From Takakia lepidozioides (lineage: Eukaryota; Plantae; Bryophyta): a stretch of 64,000 nt of DNA. The first letter of the stretch is position 1. Each line of letters opens with the position of its first letter. The notes beneath the pieces are model-generated. The model saw only the letters and a list, made by a program, of their open reading frames with translations. It did no database searches and had not been told where the DNA came from. Made by a program: the position numbers and the translations under genes. The DNA lies in contig CM060734.1 of assembly GCA_030704615.1 (NCBI GenBank), positions 20,398,001 to 20,462,000 on the forward strand, given 5' to 3'. Positions 63,244-64,000 of the stretch are shown here, piece after piece.

Positions 63244-63968
63244 TGTCGCGCACCTCATTTCGGTAAGCTCCCTTTCAAGTCATAGTTACTCGCTTTGATG
63301 CGCGCGCCTAACTCCCAACCTGGCCGCTGGGCCAACTCGGAGCTTCGGCTGCTCACCGGGACATAACGGTCCCCCTTTTCTCTCCCAACAGACCCTCCAC
63401 CAATTTGGGCCTAGTGGAAATTCCCTCTAGTAGTTGGTAGTCCGGAATAGCTCCCCACTTCTTGGTCGCTTTCCGGCTCGCTCGCTTATTCATTAGTTTT
63501 TGGTCACCAACGGGCTTGCACCTCGGGGTTACTACTCCCTATATATACTTCTGTGACTGTCCGCAGGGGTTCACAAACAACCATGCCATTTTATGGCGAA
63601 CCACCACGAAGACCCTCGATTCCCGGTGATGAGTCGCGGTGAGTCTTGGCCCACCCACCACGGCCCCATTGGACCGTGGTGAGTCCCAAGACTCCCCACG
63701 ACTCCCACCATAAGGTCTCCGCCCCATGGTGAGTCATATGCCACCCCCACTAAGTCCCACTAAGCTACCACCACCCCTTGTGGAGCCACCCCCACCGCAA
63801 CCCGGTGTGCGGGGCTCCACCTAGTGAGCGCCTCCGCCTCCGCCTCCTTGAGTGTCTTGGGCACTCAAGGGTGCTTCAGCCCCCCGTACCTATTGCTGCC
63901 ACCGCCCCCACCTAAGGGGCAACCCATTGCGTCCCGACCCCCTGCCCTCAAAGCAAAGGGCCGCGACA
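63244..63968 (-). repeat. Chromovirus 3' LTR; the element continues beyond the window
   Basis: TGTCGCG...CGCGACA termini, homologous to 61186-61892, PPT-like gataggggtgtg adjacent on the - strand. Confidence 0.92.
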
Positions 63969-64000
63969 CACACCCCTATCAACAGGGAGTCGATGTCCTC

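Overview
Repeat-dominated eukaryotic nuclear window, most consistent with a non-seed land plant (PLS-type PPR repeats, GT-AG introns, FLDD-type Ty3/gypsy, many stops that look like C-to-T changes); the taxon is an inference. Only one intact host gene is supported: a 4-exon TVP38/TMEM64-family membrane protein (50155-51956, -). The rest is decayed, nested transposons. These are a non-chromovirus Ty3/gypsy with an extra 3' ORF (1-9282) inserted into a CACTA element (9283-16634), a palindrome-punctuated array of cargo units (about 17.1-30.5 kb), TnpA-like and MULE fragments, a second gypsy, a PPR tandem array, chromovirus copies, an L1-type LINE and a fragment mosaic (56.8-64 kb). The two best leads are (1) a SET-domain (lysine methyltransferase-like) ORF inside the CACTA transposase transcription unit, with a second diverged fragment at 61.9 kb, and (2) an array of about 0.6-4 kb cargo units separated by a recurring GAGTGACTGAGC...GCTCAGTCACTC palindrome. 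All comparisons were made by eye; no database searches were run.
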